Translations under genes and position numbers: made by a program
Notes under the pieces: generated by a model
The model's database searches: none
Told to the model about the DNA's origin: nothing
The model's input: the letters and a program-made list of their open reading frames with translations, nothing else
Shown: piece after piece, positions 37,406 through 46,848 of the stretch
Layout of the letters: every line of letters starts with the position of its first letter
Position numbering within the stretch: the stretch's first letter is position 1
Assembly (NCBI GenBank): GCA_021158225.1
Contig: JAGGUZ010000005.1
Span: forward strand, 18,882-82,881
Direction of reading: 5' to 3'
Origin: a bacterium
Lineage (GTDB): Bacteria > Patescibacteriota > Gracilibacteria > UBA1369 > PNNO01
Length of the DNA stretch: 64,000 nt

Positions 37406-38611
37406 ATGACATCCCTTCATACTATTGAGGAAGCGGTTAATGCCGTATCAAATGGCGAATTTATTATCGTCATTGACAGTGAAGATCGTGAAAACGAGGG
37501 TGATTTGGTTTGCGCGGCCGAGTTTATTACTCCTGAGAAAGTTAATTTTATGGCTAAAGAAGCTCGCGGGCTTATTTGCGCACCAATAAGTCAAAAGATT
37601 GCGGATAAATTAGATTTACCCTTAATGGTTACAAATAATGAAGAATTTACCAAATGCAATTTTACTCTAACTATTGATGCAAAAGAAAATATTACTACAG
37701 GTATTTCTACAAAAGATAGAGCTAGAACATTAAAAATGCTTAGTGATTCTTCGACGAAAGCAACTGATTTTGTAAAACCCGGACACATATTTCCAATTAG
37801 AGCAAAAGATGGGGGGGTTCTTGTAAGAGCTGGCCATACAGAAGCTTGTATAGATCTCCTTAAATTAGCTGGATTAAAACAAGTTGGTGTTATATGTGAA
37901 ATAGCGAAAGAAAATGGGGATATGGCCAAATTTGACGATCTGATTAAATTTGCAAAGAAACATAATTTAAAAATAATTTCCATAGCTGATTTGATTAGAT
38001 ATAGAAGACAAAATGAGCAGCTTGTTGAAAAGAAAGCTTCGGCCAAACTTCCAACTGAATATGGAGAATTTGATATAACAATTTATGAAGATCGAATAAA
38101 CAAAAAGGAGCATGTGGTTTTGAGCATGGGAGACTTAAATCTAGATGATCCGATACTAGTTAGGGTCCATTCGGAATGTATAACCGGTGATGTTTTTCAT
38201 TCAATAAAATGCGATTGCCAAAAACAGCTGGATTTTGCTATGAATGCTATTCAAAAAGAAAAACGTGGAATACTTTTATATTTAAGAGACGAGGGAAGAG
38301 GTATTGGGCTTACAAATAAAATAAAAGCTTATAACCTCCAAGATAATGGATATGATACTGTTGAAGCGAATGAAAAACTCGGTTTTGACGATGATTTACG
38401 CGAATATGGAATTGGAGCACAGATACTTGCGGATCTTGGAGTAAAAAAGATAAGATTACTTACTAATAATCCGAAAAAAGTTATAGGACTTAAAGGTTAT
38501 GGAATGGATATAGTTAAGCGTGTGCCAATCGAAATCGGACTTAATGATAAAAATAAGACCTATCTGCGTACGAAAAAAAACAAACTTGGACATATACTTA
38601 AAAACATATAA
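37406..38611 (+). CDS. ribBA: bifunctional 3,4-dihydroxy-2-butanone-4-phosphate synthase / GTP cyclohydrolase II
   Basis: RibB motif [11 protein letters not shown] plus the RibA Zn site [18 protein letters not shown] and EGRGIGL. Confidence 0.95.
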   Translation: MTSLHTIEEAVNAVSNGEFIIVIDSEDRENEGDLVCAAEFITPEKVNFMAKEARGLICAPISQKIADKLDLPLMVTNNEEFTKCNFTLTIDAKENITTGISTKDRARTLKMLSDSSTKATDFVKPGHIFPIRAKDGGVLVRAGHTEACIDLLKLAGLKQVGVICEIAKENGDMAKFDDLIKFAKKHNLKIISIADLIRYRRQNEQLVEKKASAKLPTEYGEFDITIYEDRINKKEHVVLSMGDLNLDDPILVRVHSECITGDVFHSIKCDCQKQLDFAMNAIQKEKRGILLYLRDEGRGIGLTNKIKAYNLQDNGYDTVEANEKLGFDDDLREYGIGAQILADLGVKKIRLLTNNPKKVIGLKGYGMDIVKRVPIEIGLNDKNKTYLRTKKNKLGHILKNI

Positions 38612-38617
38612 TTATTT

Positions 38618-39370
38618 ATGACTTTTTTTGAACTTGTTAAATATTGTCTACGTTTAATATTTTTACCAAGGTCTCTTCGAACAATGGAATGGAAGATGCT
38701 ACGTTTGGTGAACAAAGATAGAAAGCAAAATGGGCTGAAAAAGTTGAGAATGCAAGAAGATTTAAGAGTTGTTGCGCGAAAACATAGTAAGGATATGGCG
38801 CAAAAAGATTATTTTGAGCATAAAAACTTATTGGGAGAGACACCTTTTGACAGATTGGATAAAGCTCGTATTACTGATATTGTTGCCGGCGAGAATTTAG
38901 CTAAGATAAAAGGATATCAAATTCCAGTAAGAAGAGCTGAAATAGGCTTAATGAACAGCCCTGGGCATAGAGCTAATATACTAAAATCGGATTATAATTG
39001 TGTTGGAATAGGAATTGTTAAAAGTCAGGATCAATCGTTTTATTTCACGCAAAATTTTGCCGAACGCGAACTTGTATTTACAAAAAAAATAAAAAAAGTT
39101 GTAAGACTCAAAACAGGTTTAAATATAAAAGGATATTTTTTAAAAAATCCTAAAAATATTATTTATCAGGTAAAAAATCATATTAACGACAAAGATCCTC
39201 TTTATGAAAAACTAATAAAAGTAAAAGATCGAAAATTCAATTTTGTAATCCCCTTCTCCAATACCGGAATTTATCAGACTCTAATATTTGTCGAAACGGA
39301 AAATGGAAGTGAAAAATTTAACGTGGTTAACAAATTCGAGATAAAAGTTCGAAAAGGATTCGTGTTCTAA
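38618..39370 (+). CDS. CAP/SCP (YkwD-like) domain protein with an extra C-terminal domain
   Basis: LVNKDRKQNGLKKL...VARKHSKDMAQKDYFEH...MNSPGHRANIL...VGIGI is the CAP-domain pattern. I see no obvious signal peptide. Confidence 0.7.
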   Translation: MTFFELVKYCLRLIFLPRSLRTMEWKMLRLVNKDRKQNGLKKLRMQEDLRVVARKHSKDMAQKDYFEHKNLLGETPFDRLDKARITDIVAGENLAKIKGYQIPVRRAEIGLMNSPGHRANILKSDYNCVGIGIVKSQDQSFYFTQNFAERELVFTKKIKKVVRLKTGLNIKGYFLKNPKNIIYQVKNHINDKDPLYEKLIKVKDRKFNFVIPFSNTGIYQTLIFVETENGSEKFNVVNKFEIKVRKGFVF

Positions 39371-39468
39371 ATATCTGTGTACTATACAAGATTGCTCTAC
39401 CAGAATATAGACGCTTGTCTATTTTTATTGTATAATAATAAAGACTATGATAAATATAAAAACAAAAA

Positions 39469-41880
39469 ATGCCTCAACGACAAGAGAAAAATTCATGGTT
39501 ATCTCGTACAATCCTGAATAAGCTCATGAACATCACGAGTGATGAATGGCCACGTATAGCTATTTCTTGGAGTTTACAGTTTTTGTACAGAGCCGGTTTT
39601 ATTATAGGATGGACTGTTTTGTTATCAATTTTCGCCACTCGTTTTGGTATAATGGCACTTCCATATTTCTTTATTCTATACGCATTACTCGATATTCTTG
39701 GAGCGATCGGATATTCGTTTATTTTGGAAAGATTTTCCAAGGATATGATGATTATTATAACTGCACTCGGAGGAGCGTTATTGTTTCTTTTAGTGGGATT
39801 GCTGTCTTTCTATAGTGAAACGCTTTTTATATTTATAGCTATTGCAGGTTTGTCAGTTGTATTTACACAATTGTACATACTTAATTCCGGCTTTATTGAA
39901 GATTTATTCTCTCCATTGGAAAGTGAAAGAACATTTCCTTTAATAGAATCTGCCGAGACTATAGGAGGCATTGTTGGAGGCTTATTGATAACAGGTTATG
40001 TCGGAGTTTTGTCAGCGGGATATCTCTTGAATTTTTTGGTTGTGATTTTGATTATGTTCGTTCCGATTATGATTTTTCACAGGCAATTACTTAAAAAGTT
40101 GCCGTTTATCCACTTTAAAAAAAGACATAAAAAAACAGGAATTAATTTTGCGAAGATAAAAGAAAATTTAGGGCATATCAAGCGAATACCGTTTTTAAAA
40201 TTACTTCTTGTAGTTGTTATTTGCCAATGGGTTTTTTCCAATCTTCTTGAATTTCAATTCATAGAAGCACTATTTGGTCATCTACCCGAAGGTGCACACA
40301 TGGAAAAAGAACTAACATACGGACTTGGATCGTTACAAATACTCTTCCACTCGGTTGCTTTATTAATGCAACTTTTAGTTGCAAGCAGGATTATTTCATC
40401 TTTGGGAATTGTTTCATCTTTATTGTTACATCCTCTTGTAACGCTATTAAGCCTTGGGACTATGCTAATACGATTTGGTATGCCATCCGCAATTTTAACA
40501 AAACTGAATTACGAGATGACATTTACGATTTATAAGAATGCATATCATTCCTCGTATTATGCAATAGAATCTAAAATTCGAGAACAGGTACGCGAACTTC
40601 TGGAAGGATTCGCCCATCCCCTTGGAACTCTAGTTGGAATGGGAACGTTACTACTTCTTGAGCAATTTTTTCATGGAACAACATTTAATCAAAGCGTAAC
40701 CGTATTAATGATTGCAATTATGGGGATAATGCTGTTTGTAATCGTTAAAAATGACAGGAAGTATACTCAGATCTCAATTAAAAATTTACTTTATTCAAAA
40801 GATACGGCGGTACAATTAAATGCTGTGGAGATATTAGGACAAAAAGGTCATAAAAATGCTACCGAAATACTAACAAGAATGCTTAACGAAACGGAAATTG
40901 CCGACAAAGTTAAAATTAGGATCTTAAACACTTTGGGACATATGAAAGATCCAGAATCTCTTAGCGAAATTATCGATGCTTTGGAACATAAAAATCCCGA
41001 AATAAGAAAGGCTTCTCTTATAGCTTTGGAAAAATTTAATACATTTACGAAAAAAGAAACAAAACATCCGTTTTCGACACACAGGACAAATAATATTCTT
41101 AAAAAGATGTTTCTTGAAGAAAACGATTATGCAATTAAATCGTTGGTAATGGGAGTTTTGGCAAAACATAGTAGCAATAAAATAGTTCCATATTTATTGT
41201 CTCTTCTTAAGAGTGCAAAAGGATATCAAAAAGCGGACGCTATTCGCGTATGCGGTAATTTCCATGATATTTCACTTGTTCATTATCTTATGCCATTTTT
41301 AGAATCTGATGATCCGATTATAAAATCAAGGACGATTGTAGCTCTATGGCAATTTAAAAAACATCGAATGAAACTACTTCAAGAAATTAAGAATATGTTA
41401 TTTAGTAAAAATAAAGCTGATAGACTAGCAGCCTATTATATCCTTGGAGAAATAAATGCTTTACAAGAAAAAAATCGTCTACTTGATTTGTTGAAATCCG
41501 AAGATGAAGACGAAAAACTCGCCGTAGCCATAGCACTTGTTAAAATGAATATCCGTGAAGGAGTTCCTATAATTATAGAAAGGATCGTATACGACGAATC
41601 TTCTCGTAAGAATTTATTATATCTTCTTCAACTTACTCTTGGAAAACGTATGAAAAACTATATGCTTAGAGTGCTTAATCAAACAGTTTCTCTTTATATC
41701 AATCATATATTGTCGGAAAGTAATAAAAAAGTATTAGAAGAACTTGACACAAACACATTAATGAAGCTTCGAAGTGCATATGAACTTGTAAATGAACACG
41801 AAGAAGTGGAAAATGTAGATAAAGTATTAAGAGCTTCTACCAAACAATACAATCAGGAATTACAACTTAATCCAATTTAA
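39469..41880 (+). CDS. fusion of a ~12-TM transporter-like domain (ATP/ADP-translocase/MFS-like) with a C-terminal HEAT-repeat domain
   Basis: 803 aa. Residues ~30-430 hold ~11-12 hydrophobic helices. Residues ~440-800 hold repeated HEAT/PBS-lyase-like units (AVQLNAVEILGQKGHKNATEILTRML, VKIRILNTLGHMKDPESLSEIIDALEHKNPEIRKASLIALEKF, IKSRTIVALWQF...). The transporter subfamily is tentative. Confidence 0.6.
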   Translation: MPQRQEKNSWLSRTILNKLMNITSDEWPRIAISWSLQFLYRAGFIIGWTVLLSIFATRFGIMALPYFFILYALLDILGAIGYSFILERFSKDMMIIITALGGALLFLLVGLLSFYSETLFIFIAIAGLSVVFTQLYILNSGFIEDLFSPLESERTFPLIESAETIGGIVGGLLITGYVGVLSAGYLLNFLVVILIMFVPIMIFHRQLLKKLPFIHFKKRHKKTGINFAKIKENLGHIKRIPFLKLLLVVVICQWVFSNLLEFQFIEALFGHLPEGAHMEKELTYGLGSLQILFHSVALLMQLLVASRIISSLGIVSSLLLHPLVTLLSLGTMLIRFGMPSAILTKLNYEMTFTIYKNAYHSSYYAIESKIREQVRELLEGFAHPLGTLVGMGTLLLLEQFFHGTTFNQSVTVLMIAIMGIMLFVIVKNDRKYTQISIKNLLYSKDTAVQLNAVEILGQKGHKNATEILTRMLNETEIADKVKIRILNTLGHMKDPESLSEIIDALEHKNPEIRKASLIALEKFNTFTKKETKHPFSTHRTNNILKKMFLEENDYAIKSLVMGVLAKHSSNKIVPYLLSLLKSAKGYQKADAIRVCGNFHDISLVHYLMPFLESDDPIIKSRTIVALWQFKKHRMKLLQEIKNMLFSKNKADRLAAYYILGEINALQEKNRLLDLLKSEDEDEKLAVAIALVKMNIREGVPIIIERIVYDESSRKNLLYLLQLTLGKRMKNYMLRVLNQTVSLYINHILSESNKKVLEELDTNTLMKLRSAYELVNEHEEVENVDKVLRASTKQYNQELQLNPI

Positions 41881-41881
41881 T

Positions 41882-42241
41882 ATGGCAACAATAGAAGTAA
41901 TAAAAAATGCACCCGATACAAAAAAGAATTCTCAAACGGTTTTTCTTAAAGGAGAAATTGATAGAGATACAATAGCTAAATTAAGAGAGGCTATGGAGAC
42001 GATTTTGCCGACACTAGAAACGAAAACGTTAATTATAGATCTTGAGAATCTCAAATTCATCAATAGCGAAGGAATTGGATATTTAACCGATATTCATAAC
42101 AGATTAAATACTCTCGGAAAAAATGTTGTTATTCTAAAAGCGTCAGCTCGCATAATGGATATTTTTCAGCTTGTCGGACTTAATCAGATTGTTTCATGCT
42201 ATGCAACTGAAGAAGAAATGAATTCGGACATAAAATCTTAA
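41882..42241 (+). CDS. STAS-domain anti-sigma-factor antagonist (second RsbV-like paralogue)
   Basis: 119 aa with IDLENLKFINSEGIGYLTD, carrying the conserved Ser context. It starts 1 nt after the stop of the transporter-HEAT gene. Confidence 0.8.
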   Translation: MATIEVIKNAPDTKKNSQTVFLKGEIDRDTIAKLREAMETILPTLETKTLIIDLENLKFINSEGIGYLTDIHNRLNTLGKNVVILKASARIMDIFQLVGLNQIVSCYATEEEMNSDIKS

Positions 42242-42263
42242 TCAACTAAACTAAAACAAACAT

Positions 42264-43394
42264 ATGATTACATGGATTAGAAAAAGCGTAACGAGGAGAA
42301 TAGGATTATTACTTGTTTTGATAAGTGCCGGATTCGGATATATGACTTATTATTTTTGGAACAGTCCCCTTTCATCCCCAATTTACTATTCGTTTGCCAT
42401 AATCGGCGGATTTGTTCTTGTTGTATTTATTATTGTTTACAGCTTGATAAACAAACCTCTGAAAAAATTAACTAAACAAATGAAACTGCTTTTAACGGGC
42501 AGATCTTATAAAAGAATTACAACAAACAGAATTGATGAAATAGGAATAATCGCACAATTCTTTAATGAAATAACCGAAAATCTGGAGAATATCTCGAAAA
42601 AATTAAAAGAAGAGCAAAGGATGTCATCGGAACTTGAAATAGCAAGCTCTATTCAAAAGGCAATATTGCCAAATAAAAGTCCGGATATACCAAATTTAGA
42701 GGTTGTCGCCAAATCACGTTCGGCGGTTGAAGTTGGCGGAGACAGTTTTGATTTTATCCAGAGAAAAGATGCCACATATTTTTATATCGGTGATGTTACC
42801 GGGCATGGAAGTCCCGCAGCTCTTGTTATGATGATGGTCAACACTCTTCTGCATACATATTCGGAAATGTATTCAAGTGTTTACGATATAGTTGTGAATA
42901 CAAACAGAATTTTAAAACCCCGTATTAAGGCTGCTATGTTTATGACTATGGTTATACTTAAATGGGATCATCTAAATAAAAAAATGACATATGTCGGAGC
43001 AGGCCATGAATATATTTTAATTTACAGAAATAAAACCGGAGAAATTGAGGCAAAACCGGCAGGTGGAGTTGCTCTTGGAATGGTTCCGGATAACAGTAAA
43101 CTTGTAAAAGAACAAGAAATTAAGCTCGAAGATGGAGATATGATTATTTTATATACAGACGGAATTACCGAAGCAAGAAACGATAAAGGCGAAATGTACG
43201 GAATTGATAGATTTAAAGAAGCCATTAAAAACTACGCAACTCAATATGGTCCCGAGGGAGTTACCCATCATGTAGCACTTGATTTCTCTCAATATGTTGG
43301 AAACGCCGAACAAGAAGACGATATAACCCTTATGGTACTAAAATATACCGAGAAAAAAGAAGTTCAAACGGATAAAAGTACTAACTGGAAATAA
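42264..43394 (+). CDS. membrane-bound HAMP + PP2C (SpoIIE/RsbU-type) serine phosphatase
   Basis: Two TM helices and a HAMP-like linker (RIDEIGIIAQFFNEITENL). SpoIIE-domain motifs are ELEIASSIQKAILP, GGDSFDF, GDVTGHG, LYTDGITEA and DDITL. Confidence 0.85.
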   Translation: MITWIRKSVTRRIGLLLVLISAGFGYMTYYFWNSPLSSPIYYSFAIIGGFVLVVFIIVYSLINKPLKKLTKQMKLLLTGRSYKRITTNRIDEIGIIAQFFNEITENLENISKKLKEEQRMSSELEIASSIQKAILPNKSPDIPNLEVVAKSRSAVEVGGDSFDFIQRKDATYFYIGDVTGHGSPAALVMMMVNTLLHTYSEMYSSVYDIVVNTNRILKPRIKAAMFMTMVILKWDHLNKKMTYVGAGHEYILIYRNKTGEIEAKPAGGVALGMVPDNSKLVKEQEIKLEDGDMIILYTDGITEARNDKGEMYGIDRFKEAIKNYATQYGPEGVTHHVALDFSQYVGNAEQEDDITLMVLKYTEKKEVQTDKSTNWK

Positions 43395-43399
43395 TTTCG

Positions 43400-44422
43400 A
43401 TGAAAACAAAAGACTTCTATTTTGATTTGCCTAAAGATTTAATTGCACAAAATCCGGTATCTCCCAGAGATAGCTCTAAATTGATGGTTCTAAACAGGTC
43501 TAACAAAAGTATAGAGCATCATTTTTTTTATGAACTTCCAAAACTTCTTCCACGTAATTCGATTTTAGTACTAAACGATACAAAAGTTTATGCGGGAAGG
43601 CTTTACGTTACAATTGACAATAAAAAGGGTGAGCTCCTTGTTTTAAAAAAAAGATCAAATGATGTCTGGAAGTGTATGGTTAAGCCTGGTAAAAGATTCT
43701 CGGTCGGGAAAGATTTTATTATTGAAGGAAAAGAAGAAGAGTTAAATGCAAGTGTTCAAAATATAAACGAAGATGGTACGCGTGAAATTAAGTTTAATTT
43801 GAATACGGAATTACTTGATTGGATTGAAAATAACGGCTATCCCCCATTTCCACCCTATATTAAACATACACAAGCTTCATTCCAAGATTATCAAACAACA
43901 TACGCAAAAGATATTGGAAGTATTGCCGCGCCCACGGCCGGGCTTCATTTTACAGATAGAGTTTTCAATGAGCTTAAAAAGAAAAACATAGAAATTCTAA
44001 CCTTAACGCTTCATGTTGGGCGCGGAACTTTTCTTCCAGTAAAAGTTGATAACATAGAAGATCACAAAATGCATAGTGAATGGTATATGCTAAGCAAAGA
44101 AAATGCGGAGAAATTAAATATGGCAAAACGCCAAAACAAAGAAATAATTGCAGTTGGCACAACATCGGTTAGAACACTTGAGTCCAATTTTAAAAACGGA
44201 CTGTTCCATCCTGAAACAACCAATACAAACATATTCATATATCCAGGATATAATTATAAAGCAATTGATGGAATAATTACTAATTTTCATCTGCCGGAAA
44301 GCACGCTTATTATGCTTATAAGTGCGTTTGCTGAAAAAAAATTCATATTTAAAGCTTACGACGAAGCAATTAAAAACAAATACAGGTTTTATAGTTTTGG
44401 AGATTCAATGATGATTCTTTAA
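43400..44422 (+). CDS. queA: S-adenosylmethionine:tRNA ribosyltransferase-isomerase
   Basis: FYFDLPKDLIAQNPVSPRDSSKLMV, APTAGLHFT and AVGTTSVRTLES motifs. Confidence 0.95.
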   Translation: MKTKDFYFDLPKDLIAQNPVSPRDSSKLMVLNRSNKSIEHHFFYELPKLLPRNSILVLNDTKVYAGRLYVTIDNKKGELLVLKKRSNDVWKCMVKPGKRFSVGKDFIIEGKEEELNASVQNINEDGTREIKFNLNTELLDWIENNGYPPFPPYIKHTQASFQDYQTTYAKDIGSIAAPTAGLHFTDRVFNELKKKNIEILTLTLHVGRGTFLPVKVDNIEDHKMHSEWYMLSKENAEKLNMAKRQNKEIIAVGTTSVRTLESNFKNGLFHPETTNTNIFIYPGYNYKAIDGIITNFHLPESTLIMLISAFAEKKFIFKAYDEAIKNKYRFYSFGDSMMIL

Positions 44423-46830
44423 AGCCAATCGGGAACATATTTAGCCTCTTTAATTCCTGGTATTGAAAGTATTAAATCTATATCATCGCTGTTAAACTTA
44501 CCTCGATATAAATCCTTTATTTCCCCTCCCCCAGCAACAAAATGTTTAATTTGATTGTAACCTTTGTAGTAAAGCAAATCTTTTGTAAATCCACCTGCCT
44601 CGGATGTATCTTCAAGACCTCTTTTTACTTTAATTGTGTTTCTCCATGCTCTTTCCGGTGGAATTTTATAATCCAACATCTTTTCAAATACTTCCACAAA
44701 TGAATATTTCAATGCCAAATGAACTGCAAGTACTAAGGAGATTGATAAATAAAGATTTTTTTCTTCATCTCCTTTTTGAGTAATTATATTGTACATCGCA
44801 AGCCCCTCTTGCGTTTCCAAATAATTCGGTAATCCTCGATTAAATATTTCATACTCCTGAGATTTTCCATTTTCTGCTGTTAGAATATGAGTTTCAATTT
44901 CATGTATTATAAGGTTATCAATTCTTTTTTCAGTAAACAAAGCTCCTTTTCTTAAAAAAAGCCTGTTGTTTTTTCCGGCAATCGCATCGGAAACCATTTC
45001 TTCCTTAATTTTTACCTTCCATTTTAACAAACCGTATTTTTCGAATACTTTATCCATAATAACTTTCGCTTCTTCTGCAGTAATATTTCCTTTTTTACTA
45101 GAATAAGTAACAGAAGTTTCTTTTAACCAATTTTTTGAATTTTCAACAAGTTCTTCACTCGGCTTCCCATAAAGATCTATGGATGCATTAGTAAATTCTT
45201 CAGCGAAACCTCTAAATTCAAGCAACGCAATTTTTTTGGCAATTTCAAGTTTTTTCTTTTCAAAAAGCTTACCGAGATTTGTTGTGTCGGTTTGAATTTG
45301 ATTAAGATCTTTCCTTAAATCATAAAGATTGAATTTAAGTTCAGGATAAACAAATTGAGGATTTTTCTTAAAATTTTGAAAGAACTTTATACGTTCTTCT
45401 CCAAGATTAACAGGTCTTAAGTGATAAAGAAGCTTTAATTTTTCATCTATTTTGATAAGTTGCTGATCAATTTCGTTGTAATTTATCTTTCTCTTTTCAT
45501 CCAAAGTTTTTTTAAGTAACTTTTTATCTTGCTTTTCTTCTTTAGTTACATTTACATCCGGAAGCAGTTTCTTCTGAATTTTCTTAGACGGATCAATAAA
45601 AAAATTCTTTAAATCTCTACATCCAACTATAAGACTATAATTGTTCTTTGTTATTTTCTCTATATCTGCAACCGTTTGAATTCTTTTCCCGGCAATCGAT
45701 AATTTTAATTTTACGGTAGATTTTTCATCGTCATATTCATATTCATCTTTAAGCAAACTGGCCTCAATAGCGAATTGTTCATCAATAATTGTTCTTTGAT
45801 TACCCGGGTCAATCTCTGCCAAAACTCTTCTTGTCCCATCTTTAAGGTAAATATCAACCATTTCCTCGATTCCAACAACATTTTTACCGGAAACTTGATG
45901 AATATTCTTTTCTACAATATTCCCGAACATATCTTTTGCGATTCTAACCCCTTTTACCGGATTATTGACCTTCACTCCTTCAATCCTCTGAAGACGTTTT
46001 TTTAATGGAGCCAAATTGGCTATTTGCACTCCTAATCCAGCCCTGGCGTTAATCTCTAAAAGCACCGGACCAGAAGACTTATCTATAGATATATCCGTTG
46101 CCATATAACCAAGATTCGTAATAAGCTGACATTTAGATGCAATCATTAAAATATCATCCCAATAAGGGATTTTAAGTCCTTTAATCGGTCCGACCTCCGG
46201 GATTTCATCAATAATTTTATTTTTATACGAGATATAAGTTGTTTCCCCTTTTGCTATATCAATTCCAACACCAACAGCACCAAGATGTAAATTAGCCTTA
46301 CCTGCGGATTCTTTCGTAGGGAGCCTAAGCATTGCCATTACAGGGATAAGATTATGCACGACCACTCTAATATCCGGCAAACCTCTGTAAGAATAATTTC
46401 CGAGTGTATCATGAGAAATAATAAGCTGTTCAAAAAACGCACTGTCTCCAACATTTGAAATTGAATATCTTCCATCAAGAATATCCGATATATGATCTAT
46501 AATAATTTTTTTATCTAATTTCTTGCCGGAAGCGGTTATCCATACATCTTCACGCTTATTTGTTATAGGTATGATCCCCTCTCCTCCAAACCCATGATTT
46601 GGCTTTAATATAAAAGAATTTGGAAGCGACCCGGAATCGAATTTATCCAATTCTTCTTTTGATCTAATAGCAGTATATAATTTGGGGACAGGAATCCCTC
46701 TCGCAGAAAGGAATTTTTTTGTTTTAAGCTTATCATCCGCAAGCTTAATAGTCTTCTTTTTGTTATAGGGACGAATATATTGTAAATTTCGCGCATTTAG
46801 CCCTAAAATTCCTTTATCGTTGAAAATCAT
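44419..46830 (-). CDS. three-domain fusion: RimK-related ATP-grasp ligase + retropepsin-like (RimB/Zn_protease-like) domain + DUF1704 QEGLA-motif (MATCAP-like) metallopeptidase
   Basis: Residues 1-285: GILGLNARNLQYIRPYN, DDKLKTKKFL, FILKPNHGFGGEGI, LLEINARAGLG. Residues ~315-415: VVGIEEMVDIYL...LAEIDPGNQRTIID...LIVGCRDLKNFFIDPS. Residues ~560-803: HEIETH (643-648) and ETQEGLA (672-678). Confidence 0.8.
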   Translation of the reverse strand: MIFNDKGILGLNARNLQYIRPYNKKKTIKLADDKLKTKKFLSARGIPVPKLYTAIRSKEELDKFDSGSLPNSFILKPNHGFGGEGIIPITNKREDVWITASGKKLDKKIIIDHISDILDGRYSISNVGDSAFFEQLIISHDTLGNYSYRGLPDIRVVVHNLIPVMAMLRLPTKESAGKANLHLGAVGVGIDIAKGETTYISYKNKIIDEIPEVGPIKGLKIPYWDDILMIASKCQLITNLGYMATDISIDKSSGPVLLEINARAGLGVQIANLAPLKKRLQRIEGVKVNNPVKGVRIAKDMFGNIVEKNIHQVSGKNVVGIEEMVDIYLKDGTRRVLAEIDPGNQRTIIDEQFAIEASLLKDEYEYDDEKSTVKLKLSIAGKRIQTVADIEKITKNNYSLIVGCRDLKNFFIDPSKKIQKKLLPDVNVTKEEKQDKKLLKKTLDEKRKINYNEIDQQLIKIDEKLKLLYHLRPVNLGEERIKFFQNFKKNPQFVYPELKFNLYDLRKDLNQIQTDTTNLGKLFEKKKLEIAKKIALLEFRGFAEEFTNASIDLYGKPSEELVENSKNWLKETSVTYSSKKGNITAEEAKVIMDKVFEKYGLLKWKVKIKEEMVSDAIAGKNNRLFLRKGALFTEKRIDNLIIHEIETHILTAENGKSQEYEIFNRGLPNYLETQEGLAMYNIITQKGDEEKNLYLSISLVLAVHLALKYSFVEVFEKMLDYKIPPERAWRNTIKVKRGLEDTSEAGGFTKDLLYYKGYNQIKHFVAGGGEIKDLYRGKFNSDDIDLILSIPGIKEAKYVPDWL

Positions 46831-46848
46831 ATAATTAAGATAAAAATA

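Noticed and set aside
37591-38046. Long antisense ORFs inside well-supported genes. Examples are 37591-38046 (151 aa) within ribBA, 50697-51053 opposite YggT, 31614-31955 within GT4, 33694-34041 within PrsW/STAS, 224-418 within pgk and 30781-31041 opposite the pilin.
   Set aside because: Each lies fully opposite a gene with clear family motifs. Their translations are low-complexity or hydrophobic shadow-frame products typical of AT-rich genomes.
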